In this document: in pieces, positions 8,602 to 16,610 of the stretch
Position numbering within the stretch: position 1 is the first letter of the stretch
Layout of the letters: every line of letters starts with the position of its first letter
Source of the DNA: Candidatus Karelsulcia muelleri
GTDB taxonomy: Bacteria; Bacteroidota; Bacteroidia; Flavobacteriales; Blattabacteriaceae
Direction of reading: 5' to 3'
Assembly (NCBI RefSeq): GCF_022985615.1
Contig: NZ_CP094965.1
Location: forward strand, 30,001 to 62,000
Length of the DNA: 32,000 bases
Notes under the pieces: model-generated
Seen by the model: only the letters and a program-made list of their open reading frames with translations
The model's database searches: none
Told to the model about the DNA's origin: nothing
Position numbers and translations under genes: made by a program

Positions 8602-8606
8602 CTGAA

Positions 8607-8914
8607 GGGGCTGATTTGGTTTTGACATCAAGTAAATATAATAAGATAGCATATCGTGAAATGTAATGTAATCACGTAAAAAATTCCTTACAAAAAACTA
8701 AATGGCAAAAATTACTCTCTTAAGCTTGCAGCTTAAAAATTTTGTTCTAATTTAATTTTGTTCTAATTTTGTTGTGTCTAATTTTAGGGCTTATAACTAA
8801 AATTAGAACTTACTACTTTATAAGCTAACTTTATAAGCTAACTTTATAAGCTAAATATGTAGAACTCTTATTATATTACTTGTTTGGACACGGGTTCGAT
8901 TCCCGTCAGCTCCA
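8607..8914 (+). ncRNA. ssrA: tmRNA (SsrA), tag reading frame 8704-8736
   Basis: The 5-prime ggggctgatttggttttgac and the 3-prime ggacacgggttcgattcccgtcagctcca form the tRNA-like domain. The internal frame ggc aaa aat tac tct ctt aag ctt gca gct taa encodes GKNYSLKLAA*, with the typical ..LAA end. No CCA is encoded. Confidence 0.9.
8815..8853. repeat. 13-bp x3 perfect tandem repeat inside the tmRNA
   Basis: actttataagcta occurs at 8815, 8828 and 8841, downstream of the tag ORF in the pseudoknot region. Confidence 0.9.
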
Positions 8915-8955
8915 TAAAATGTCCCATAAAGATAAAATGTCCCATAAAGATAAAG
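8914..8955. repeat. 18-bp x2 (+6) tandem duplication starting at the last base of the tmRNA
   Basis: ataaaatgtcccataaag occurs at 8914-8931 and 8932-8949, followed by ataaag and then the rpsF ATG at 8956. Confidence 0.85.
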
Positions 8956-9312
8956 ATGGATTTAAAATCAGCATTTTATGAAACCTTAATAGTGATTTCT
9001 CCGACGGTTTCAGAAGAAGAAAAAAAACAAATTATTTCTTCCTATGAAAACCTCTTAAGAAGAGAAGGAAGAATAATTTATCAAATTAACTGGGGGAAAA
9101 AAAAATTAGCATATATTATAAATAAAAAGAGATTTGGCATATATCATATATTTTATTGGAAGATCCTAAAAAGCTCAGTAAAAAACTTAGAAAAAAAATT
9201 AAATCAAGATGAAAATATAATTCGTTTTTTAATTCTTAAAATTAATAAGAAAGCTCTAAATTATTTAGAGTCAAAATTTAATATAACTTTAAATAATAAA
9301 TTAGATGAATAA
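8956..9312 (+). CDS. rpsF: 30S ribosomal protein S6
   Basis: [25 protein letters not shown]... is collinear with bS6. The track start at 8884 lies inside the tmRNA and the repeat, so the ATG at 8956 is preferred. Confidence 0.85.
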   Translation: MDLKSAFYETLIVISPTVSEEEKKQIISSYENLLRREGRIIYQINWGKKKLAYIINKKRFGIYHIFYWKILKSSVKNLEKKLNQDENIIRFLILKINKKALNYLESKFNITLNNKLDE

Positions 9313-9574
9313 AAAAACGGAACTTAAATATTTAACGCCATTAAATATAGAAAGTAAACATAAGAAGAAAAAATGTTATTTCCAAAATAAAAAAATTAAT
9401 TTTATAGATTATAAAAACTTTTACCTTTTAAAAAAATTTTTAAATGAAAGAGGAGAGATTTGCTCACGCAGAGCAACTGGTACTACTGCTAAAAAACAGA
9501 GAAGACTTAAAATTGCTATAAAAAGATGTCGACATATTGGTTTATTGCCTTTTACTACTGATAATTTTAAATAA
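9305..9574 (+). CDS. rpsR: 30S ribosomal protein S18
   Basis: ...[53 protein letters not shown] matches the bS18 core. Confidence 0.9.
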   Translation: MNKKTELKYLTPLNIESKHKKKKCYFQNKKINFIDYKNFYLLKKFLNERGEICSRRATGTTAKKQRRLKIAIKRCRHIGLLPFTTDNFK

Positions 9575-9578
9575 ATAT

Positions 9579-10034
9579 ATGAAAATTCTTTTAATTAAAG
9601 ATGTTAAAGAATTAGGAATTAAATATGATATAGTTGATGTTAAACCAGGGTACGCTAAAAATTTGTTATTTCCTCAAAAATTAGCAATTTTATTTACTGA
9701 TTCACTTAAAAAAAAATATTTTAATATTTTAAATAAAAATATAAATAATGAAAAAAAAATTCTTAATAACTTTAATAAAGAAATTATTAAAATTAAAAAA
9801 TTAAATTGGGTCTTTTATAAAAAAGCCAGTAAATCGGGTTTTTTGTATAAGACTTTATCGAAAAAAGATATTTTTAAGATTTTTTTAGAAAAAAAAATTA
9901 ATATTAATATTGATCAAATCAATTTTAAAAAAAAAGGAATTAATAAAATCGGTAAATTTAAATTTGAAGTTAAATTTAGTAAAAAAATATTTAAGCAGTT
10001 TAATATAATAATTATTCCTAAACAAAATAAATGA
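9579..10034 (+). CDS. rplI: 50S ribosomal protein L9
   Basis: MKILLIKDVKELGIKYDIVDVKPGYAKNLLFPQKLA is the canonical bL9 N-terminus. ATG at 9579. It completes the rpsF-rpsR-rplI order. Confidence 0.85.
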   Translation: MKILLIKDVKELGIKYDIVDVKPGYAKNLLFPQKLAILFTDSLKKKYFNILNKNINNEKKILNNFNKEIIKIKKLNWVFYKKASKSGFLYKTLSKKDIFKIFLEKKININIDQINFKKKGINKIGKFKFEVKFSKKIFKQFNIIIIPKQNK

Positions 10035-11536
10035 TAAGAGTTCGTTTTGCTCCCAGTCCTACTGGCCCATTACATATAGGAAATTTAAGAACTGCATTAT
10101 TTAATTATTTATTTGCAAAGAAGAATAAAGGATCTTTTATACTAAGATTTGAGGATACAGATAAAGAAAGATTTATTAAAAAATCTGAAAAACATATTTT
10201 AAATTCTCTTAAATGGTGTGGGCTTATTCCTGATGAAGGTCCAGACAACGGAAAATATGGGCCTTATCGTCAATCTAAAAGAAAACATATATACAAAAAA
10301 TATATAAAATATTTATTGAAAAATAAATATGCTTATTATGCTTTTGAAACAAAAGAGGATTTAAAACAAATAAGAAATGAGTATAAAGAAAAAGGAAAAT
10401 TATTTATATATAATTCTTTAACTAGAAGTAAACTAAAAAATTCATTGAATGAGTTTTATTTTAAGCAAGTAAAAATAAAGAAAAAAAAGGCTACAATAAG
10501 ATTAAAAGTCCCAGACTCCACAACGATTAAAGTTAAGGATATATTACGTGGAAATATTTACATAAATTCCAATTCACTAGATGATAAGGTATTAGTAAAA
10601 TCTGATGGCAATGTTACCTATCATTTAGCCAATGTAATTGATGATCATCTTATGAAAATTTCACATGTCATTAAAGGAGAAGAATGGATTTCTTCTTTTC
10701 CAATACTACAATTGTTGTATAATTTTTTTAATTGGAAAATGCCTAATTTTTTGCATCTGCCTTTGATCTTAAATTCTTTTGGAAAAGGGAAATTAAGTAA
10801 AAGAAATTCGAACCAATTCAATTTTACTATCTTGCCACTAAAATGGAAAGATCCTATAAAATTAACGACTATTCTTGGGTATCGTGAATTAGGATATTTA
10901 CCAGAGGCTTTGCTTAATATGTTAGCCTTTTTTGGTTGGAATCCAGGTGGAAAGAAAGAAATTTTTTCATTAAAAGAATTAATATCTACCTTTTCATTAA
11001 AAGATATTAATTTTACTTCGGCTAGATTTGATAAAGAAAAAATGAAATGGATTAATCATAGACACCTACAATGCAAATCGGTTTCTGATTTGACTCGGTT
11101 AGTTAAAAGAAGTTTGAAAGAGAAAAAAATTTATTTTAATAATGATCAAAAGCTACAAAAAATTATTTTACGAATTAGATCTCAATGTACTTTTGTCTAT
11201 CAAATCATAGAAAAGTCAATTTATTTCTTTAAAACACCAAGTTTAAATCAAACTTATATAAGTAAAGTTTTATTAAATAAAAATATAAATAAAAACATTT
11301 TATTTCTAATAATAGAATGGTTAAAAAATAATGATAAAAATAATTTAAAATTACTAAAAACTTTCTTTTATAAATTAGCTATTAACAAAAAGATTAAGAT
11401 CTCTTATTTATTTAAAATCTTACGAGTAAGTTTAGTTGGAAAATTAGTCGGGTTAGACCTTTATTTTATAATTAAAATATTAAAAACAAATGTTCTGATG
11501 AAAAGAATACTAAATCTAATCTTTTTATTAAATTAA
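10031..11536 (+). CDS. gltX: Glutamate--tRNA ligase
   Basis: MIRVRFAPSPTGPLHIGNLRTALFNYLFAKKNKGSFILRFEDTD (HIGH motif) and KLSKR. ATGA overlap with the rplI stop. Confidence 0.95.
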   Translation: MIRVRFAPSPTGPLHIGNLRTALFNYLFAKKNKGSFILRFEDTDKERFIKKSEKHILNSLKWCGLIPDEGPDNGKYGPYRQSKRKHIYKKYIKYLLKNKYAYYAFETKEDLKQIRNEYKEKGKLFIYNSLTRSKLKNSLNEFYFKQVKIKKKKATIRLKVPDSTTIKVKDILRGNIYINSNSLDDKVLVKSDGNVTYHLANVIDDHLMKISHVIKGEEWISSFPILQLLYNFFNWKMPNFLHLPLILNSFGKGKLSKRNSNQFNFTILPLKWKDPIKLTTILGYRELGYLPEALLNMLAFFGWNPGGKKEIFSLKELISTFSLKDINFTSARFDKEKMKWINHRHLQCKSVSDLTRLVKRSLKEKKIYFNNDQKLQKIILRIRSQCTFVYQIIEKSIYFFKTPSLNQTYISKVLLNKNINKNILFLIIEWLKNNDKNNLKLLKTFFYKLAINKKIKISYLFKILRVSLVGKLVGLDLYFIIKILKTNVLMKRILNLIFLLN

Positions 11537-11674
11537 TGCCTTTTTTTAATCTCATAATCAGGAACAATATTAAATAATAATTTAATACCTGGTTTAATGA
11601 GGAAAAGTACTGTATTCTATATTTGTTAGGAACAAAATATATTGCTTTAAAGGTCTTTAGGGATTTATTCCCAT

Positions 11675-11714
11675 AGGTCCATATTCATATGAAAAGGTCC
11701 ATATTCATATGAAT
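11675..11714. repeat. 20-bp x2 tandem duplication containing the palindrome ttcatatgaa
   Basis: aggtccatattcatatgaa occurs at 11675 and 11695, in the convergent gltX/rplY spacer. Confidence 0.85.
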
Positions 11715-11718
11715 AGTC

Positions 11719-12000
11719 TTAGTCTTTCTTTCTTTTACTGACTTTACTTTGACTTCTTAGTCTTTGACTTCTTAGTATTTGACTTCTTAGTCTTAGTCTT
11801 TGACTTAGTCTTTGACTTAGTCTTTGACTGAGTCTTTGACTGAGTCTTTGACTGAGTCTTTGACTGAGTCTTTGACTGAGTCTTTGACTTTGACTGAGTC
11901 TTTGACTGAGTCTGAGTCTTTGACTGAGTATTTGACTGAGACTGAGTCTGAGACGTCTTCTGAGACGTCTGAGTCTGAGACTGAGTATGAGTCTTTGATT
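11719..12000. repeat. 12-bp minisatellite family (TCTTTGACTGAG and variants)
   Basis: tctttgactgag x5 is perfect at 11821-11880. It is flanked by variant units (tctttgacttag, tcttagtc, tctgagac) from about 11719 to 12000. Confidence 0.9.
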
Positions 12001-12553
12001 GAGGAGTTTCAATAATCTGTTTAACTGTAGAGATAACTGTATTAGAGTCATGTAATATTACTATTTTTTTTGGAGGTATATTTTTTACATAATAATTTTC
12101 TCCTATATCTAAATTGTCAATATTAATCTCTATATGATCTACCATATTCTTAGGTAAAGCCTTAATTTTTAATTTTCGGATTTTCGATATATATTCCCCA
12201 CCTTTATAAACTCCTTTGGCTTTCCCTATTGGTCTAATAGGCACTTCATAAGTAATATACTTTCTAGGGTTTAATTCCAAAAAATCTAAATGCAGGATTT
12301 TTTCTGTAATTGGGTTATATTGGATTTCTTTTAATATAGTAGTAATATTGATTTTATTGTTTATAGATACTATAAATTGGCTTAATGTGTTATTTTTAAT
12401 TATTTTTTCTACTAAATAAGTATCCAAAACAAATTTAATGTTTTTATTCTTCCCATACACTATTCCAGGCGTGTAACCAGATTCTCTTAAACTTTTTATA
12501 TGTTTTTTATTTACAATTACTCTTTTTTCTACTTTTAAAATGATTCTTTTCAT
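11744..12553 (-). CDS. rplY: 50S ribosomal protein L25 (Ctc type) with a repeat-encoded Ser/Lys/Thr/Gln tail
   Basis: The N-terminal ~185 aa (MKRIILKVEKR...GYTPGIVYGKNKN...HLDFLEL...) are collinear with bL25/Ctc. The last ~85 aa are SKTQ-type low complexity encoded by the 12-bp array. Confidence 0.85.
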   Translation of the reverse strand: MKRIILKVEKRVIVNKKHIKSLRESGYTPGIVYGKNKNIKFVLDTYLVEKIIKNNTLSQFIVSINNKINITTILKEIQYNPITEKILHLDFLELNPRKYITYEVPIRPIGKAKGVYKGGEYISKIRKLKIKALPKNMVDHIEINIDNLDIGENYYVKNIPPKKIVILHDSNTVISTVKQIIETPQSKTHTQSQTQTSQKTSQTQSQSNTQSKTQTQSKTQSKSKTQSKTQSKTQSKTQSKTQSKTKSKTKSKTKTKKSNTKKSKTKKSK

Positions 12554-12609
12554 TTAAACTACAATATTTACTATCTAGAAAAAAGAAAAGAAATTATATT
12601 ATTGTTATT

Positions 12610-12680
12610 GGTACTGTGGCCGAGTGGTTAGGTAAAGGTCTGCAAAATCTTTCACAGCAGTTCGATTCTGCTTAGTACCT
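12610..12680 (+). tRNA. tRNA-Cys (anticodon GCA), no encoded CCA
   Basis: ggtactg-tg-gccgagtggttaggt-a-aaggt-CTGCAAA-atctt-tcac-agcag-ttcgatt-ctgct-tagtacc-t. The U73 discriminator is as expected for Cys. Confidence 0.85.
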
Positions 12681-12705
12681 TTTATTTGCTTAGTACCTTT
12701 TATTT
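12670..12705. repeat. 18-bp x2 perfect duplication covering the last 11 nt of tRNA-Cys plus 7 nt of trailer
   Basis: gcttagtaccttttattt occurs at 12670-12687 and 12688-12705. Confidence 0.9.
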
Positions 12706-12715
12706 AACGGGAGAG

Positions 12716-13114
12716 ATGATATATTTTTCTTTTTACTATAAGTTTTCATTTAAAAAAAAAATAGAAAAAATATTACGATATGAAAAAAGTAATTTTATAA
12801 AAATTATTTATATTTTTTGCAATAATAAATATATTTCTACTCTAAATTTTTTTGTTTTCAAAAAAACAAAATTGACTGATGTTATTACATTAAAAAAGAC
12901 GGATCGCAACAAAAAAAAAGTAGGAGAAATTTATATAAATATTGATATGATAAAATTTAACTCTATTGTCTTTAAAAAAACATTTTATGAGGAATTAAAA
13001 AGAGTAATGATACATGGAGTATTACATTTAATTGGTTACGAAGATAATAATAAGCAAATTGCTGAAAAAGAAAAGTTTTATTTATGTCCTCATTATGTCC
13101 TCAAAAAGATTTGA
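12716..13114 (+). CDS. ybeY: rRNA maturation endoribonuclease YbeY
   Basis: It has the metal-binding motif MIHGVLHLIGYED and the ...EKEKFYL C-terminus. The ATG at 12716 is preferred over the track TTG at 12686, which lies in the tRNA-Cys duplication. Confidence 0.85.
   Translation: MIYFSFYYKFSFKKKIEKILRYEKSNFIKIIYIFCNNKYISTLNFFVFKKTKLTDVITLKKTDRNKKKVGEIYINIDMIKFNSIVFKKTFYEELKRVMIHGVLHLIGYEDNNKQIAEKEKFYLCPHYVLKKI
13082..13103. repeat. 11-bp x2 perfect duplication across the mnmG start codon
   Basis: ttatgtcctca occurs at 13082-13092 and 13093-13103. Each copy carries an ATG (13084 and 13095). Confidence 0.9.
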
Positions 13115-14942
13115 TGTAATTGTAGTAGGGGCAGGACATGCTGGGGCCGAAGCAGCTGCTATATGTGCAAAATTAGGCTCCAAAACATTGTTAATTACTT
13201 CTGATATAGATAACATAGCTAAAATGTCTTGTAATCCAGCCATTGGTGGTATAGCCAAAGGGCAAATAATAAAGGAAATAGATGCATTAGGTGGCCTATC
13301 AGGAATTATAACTGACAGAAGTATGATACAATTTAGAATGTTAAACAAATCTAAAGGTCCGGCAATGTGGAGCCCAAGAGCACAATGTGATAGAAGAAAA
13401 TTTACAAGAAATTGGAAATCGGCTTTAAAAACAATTAGTAATTTATCTATTATTCAAGATACTATAATTGACTTGATAATTCGTAATAATAAAATAATCG
13501 GTGTTAAATCTTTAGTAGGTAAAAAGATATTTGGAAATTCCGTAATTTTAGCTGCTGGAACCTTTTTGAATGGTAGAATTCATATTGGAAACAAAAAAAC
13601 ATACGGTGGACGATTATCAGAAAAAGCCGTTTTAGGATTAACTAAAAAGCTTACAAACCTTGGCTTTTGTTCTGGCCGTCTTAAAACTGGTACCTCTCCA
13701 AGAGTTGATGCTAGATCATTAAATTATAATAAAATGATAATTCAAAATGGAGATCTTCCAATTGAATATTTTTCTTTTAAGAAAAAAGAAAAATATTTTA
13801 AACAAAAGAAATGTTATATTACTTATACCCATGATAAAATTCATGACTTAATTATAAATAATATTCACCTTTCTCCATTGTATAATGGAAATGTTAAAAG
13901 CAAAGGTCCAAGATATTGTCCATCTATTGAAGAAAAAATATATAGATTTCCAAATCAAACTAGGCATCAAATATTTGTCGAACCTGATGGTAACCATTCT
14001 ATAGAAATGTATATAAATGGATTCTCAACATCTTTACCAATCGAGATACAAAAAAAAGCCTTATTAAAAATACCTGGTTTCGAAAAAGCAATAATTTTAA
14101 AACCTGGATATGCAATCGAGTATGATTATTTCAATCCAATTCAATTAAAAAAAAATTTAGAAACTAAAATAGTTGAAAACCTTTTTTTTGCAGGGCAAAT
14201 TAATGGGACTACTGGATATGAGGAAGCAGCAGCACAAGGTTTAATGGCTGGAATCAATGCTCATTTAAAAATTCATCAAAAAAAACCTTTAATCTTAAAA
14301 AGAAATGAAGCCTATATTGGCGTTTTAATAGATGATTTAATAAATAAAGGAACTCAAGAACCATACAGAATGTTTACTTCACTAGCAGAATATAGAATTT
14401 TATTAAGACAAGATAACGCCGATCAAAGATTAATGCCTATAGCTTATAAATTAGGATTAATTTCTAATAATATTATATATAAATTAAGAAATCAAAACAA
14501 AAAAATTAATCTCTGTATTAAATTTTTTAATAATCGAATTAATTCTAGAAAAATAAAAACAAATTCTTTTAAAAAAAAATATATAAAAATTAGTCATTTT
14601 TTCTCTTTACCAAAAGTTCCAATTAAAGATCTAATTAAAATTTCATTAATTAAAAACTTTATAAAAGAGAATAAAATATCTAATAATATTTTAAATAAAC
14701 TTTATATTCTTCTCAAATATAAAGTCTATTTAAAAAAAGAAGAAGAAAATGTTAAAAGAATTTTAAAATTAGAAAATTTAATAATTCCTAAAAATTTTAA
14801 TTATGATAAGATTAAATCTTTATCTATAGAAGCAAGGGAAAAATTATTTAATTTTAAACCTCAAAATCTTGGGGAAGCTTTAAAAATTAGTGGAATTTCT
14901 CACTCAGATTTAAATAATTTATTATTCTATATAAGATCGTGA
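13095..14942 (+). CDS. mnmG: tRNA uridine 5-carboxymethylaminomethyl modification enzyme MnmG (GidA)
   Basis: MSSKRFDVIVVGAGHAGAEAA... (FAD-binding GxGxxG), collinear with MnmG throughout. ATG at 13095. Confidence 0.95.
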   Translation: MSSKRFDVIVVGAGHAGAEAAAICAKLGSKTLLITSDIDNIAKMSCNPAIGGIAKGQIIKEIDALGGLSGIITDRSMIQFRMLNKSKGPAMWSPRAQCDRRKFTRNWKSALKTISNLSIIQDTIIDLIIRNNKIIGVKSLVGKKIFGNSVILAAGTFLNGRIHIGNKKTYGGRLSEKAVLGLTKKLTNLGFCSGRLKTGTSPRVDARSLNYNKMIIQNGDLPIEYFSFKKKEKYFKQKKCYITYTHDKIHDLIINNIHLSPLYNGNVKSKGPRYCPSIEEKIYRFPNQTRHQIFVEPDGNHSIEMYINGFSTSLPIEIQKKALLKIPGFEKAIILKPGYAIEYDYFNPIQLKKNLETKIVENLFFAGQINGTTGYEEAAAQGLMAGINAHLKIHQKKPLILKRNEAYIGVLIDDLINKGTQEPYRMFTSLAEYRILLRQDNADQRLMPIAYKLGLISNNIIYKLRNQNKKINLCIKFFNNRINSRKIKTNSFKKKYIKISHFFSLPKVPIKDLIKISLIKNFIKENKISNNILNKLYILLKYKVYLKKEEENVKRILKLENLIIPKNFNYDKIKSLSIEAREKLFNFKPQNLGEALKISGISHSDLNNLLFYIRS

Positions 14943-14945
14943 GAT

Positions 14946-16565
14946 ATGTATCAAAAACATTTTTTAGAAAAAATTATTGATAAAGATATTAAAAAAGGGT
15001 TTCCGAAAGAAAATTTATCCTTTAGATTTCCTCCAGAACCTAATGGGTATTTACACTTAGGGCATGTGAAATCAATATATCTAAATTTTTACCTTGCTGA
15101 AAAATATAAAGGTCCTTTTATATTGCGTTTTGATGATACTAATCCTATTAAAGAAGAATCAAAATTCATTAAAGCAATTAAAAAAGATATAAAATGGCTA
15201 GGGTTTAAATGGGTTAAAGAAACTTATGCATCAGATTATTTTTTTGAGCTTTATAAACTAGCTAAGAAATTAATCTTAAAAGGCAAAGCTTATGTAGATA
15301 GCCAAAACAAAAAGGAAATTAAAGAACAAAGAAAAACTTCTTATGAAGTTGGGATAAAAAGTCCTTTTAGAAATAGGTCAAAAAAGGAAAATCTAAAATT
15401 ATTTAAAAAAATGAAAGATGGTTTTTTTAACGAAGGTGAATGTGTATTACGAGCTAAAATAGATATGAATTCCCCTAATCTAAAACTTAGAGATCCTATT
15501 ATGTATAGAATACTAAAGAAAAAGCACTACAAAACTAAAAATAAGTGGGTAATATATCCAACTTACGATTGGGCACATGGGCAAAATGATTATTTAGAAA
15601 AAATCTCACATTCTTTATGTACGTTAGAATTTAAACATAATAATCCATTATATAACTGGTTTATTCTTCAAATTAAAAATAAAAATAATGTAATTTTGCC
15701 AAAACAATATGAGTATTCTAGATTAAATTTAAATTATTCTATAATGAGTAAAAAAAAAATACAAATTTTAATTAAAAACAAAATGGTGGATAATTGGGAT
15801 GACCCAAGATTACCAACAATTTCTGGGCTTCGAAGAAGAGGTTTTACTCCTAAATCTATTTGTAACTTTATAAAAGAAATAGGAATTTCCAAAAGAGAAA
15901 ATAATATTGATATTTCTTTATTAGAATTTCATCTAAAGAAACATTTAAATCAAATTGCTGATAGGGTAATGGTCGTATTTAATCCTCTCACTTTAATAAT
16001 AGAAAATTTTAATAAAACTAAAACTAAATGGTTAATAGAAAAAACCAACCCTAATTCTGATATATATCGTAAAATTCCATTTTCTAGAGAAATATATATA
16101 GAAAGCAAAGACTTTTTAGAAACTAAAACAGATAACTTTTTTCGGTTATCGATTGGTCAAAAAGTAAGATTAAAATCTGCGTTTATAATAAAAGCTAAAT
16201 CTATAATAAAAAATAATAATGGTAATATCAAATATATATTGTGCAAATTATACAATAATATAAAGAAAACAAATAATAAGGCAACTTTACATTGGGTATC
16301 TAAAAAATATTCTTTCCCTATTAACATAAATTTATATGGAAAATTATTTAACATTAAATTTCCTAACAAAGTAAAAAATTTTAGTAATTATGTTAATGAA
16401 AATTCCAAACTCCAAGCAAAAGCTTATGCAGAACCTTATTTAAAAAATGCTAAACCTGAAAATAAATATCAATTTATACGAAGTGGTTATTTTTGTCTTG
16501 ATAAAGAAAGTAGTAGTAAAAATTTAATATTTAATCAAATCGTTTCGTTACAAAAAAAATATTAG
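14946..16565 (+). CDS. glnS: Glutamine--tRNA ligase
   Basis: RFPPEPNGYLHLGHVKSIYLNFYLAEKYKGPFILRFDDTNP and the IMSKK motif. 539 aa, with a GlnRS-type C-terminal anticodon-binding domain. Confidence 0.93.
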   Translation: MYQKHFLEKIIDKDIKKGFPKENLSFRFPPEPNGYLHLGHVKSIYLNFYLAEKYKGPFILRFDDTNPIKEESKFIKAIKKDIKWLGFKWVKETYASDYFFELYKLAKKLILKGKAYVDSQNKKEIKEQRKTSYEVGIKSPFRNRSKKENLKLFKKMKDGFFNEGECVLRAKIDMNSPNLKLRDPIMYRILKKKHYKTKNKWVIYPTYDWAHGQNDYLEKISHSLCTLEFKHNNPLYNWFILQIKNKNNVILPKQYEYSRLNLNYSIMSKKKIQILIKNKMVDNWDDPRLPTISGLRRRGFTPKSICNFIKEIGISKRENNIDISLLEFHLKKHLNQIADRVMVVFNPLTLIIENFNKTKTKWLIEKTNPNSDIYRKIPFSREIYIESKDFLETKTDNFFRLSIGQKVRLKSAFIIKAKSIIKNNNGNIKYILCKLYNNIKKTNNKATLHWVSKKYSFPININLYGKLFNIKFPNKVKNFSNYVNENSKLQAKAYAEPYLKNAKPENKYQFIRSGYFCLDKESSSKNLIFNQIVSLQKKY

Positions 16566-16610
16566 ATTTTTATAATTTTCTATAGCTTATCTCCTAAAGA
16601 ATTAAAGAAA

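Noticed and set aside
11675-11714. The duplicated ttcatatgaa palindromes as a bidirectional intrinsic terminator between gltX and rplY
   Set aside because: The stems are 5 bp with only one G:C pair each, with essentially no loop and no flanking U-tract on either strand. They fit better as another tandem duplication.
11719-12051. Track ORFs 11719..12051 (-) and 11824..12015 (+), which encode RLSQ-type and LTES-type repeat peptides
   Set aside because: They are alternative-frame and antisense readings of the 12-bp array that forms the rplY tail. A 3n-periodic repeat without stops is open in several frames by construction.
6010-13094. Longer N-terminal extensions given by the ORF track for frr (6010), rplU (7968), rpsF (8884), rplI (9537), ybeY (12686) and mnmG (13032)
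   Set aside because: The extensions start inside tandem repeats, tRNA or tmRNA genes, or the upstream gene. They use GTG or TTG starts and add residues with no counterpart in the protein families. Internal ATGs give canonical N-termini.
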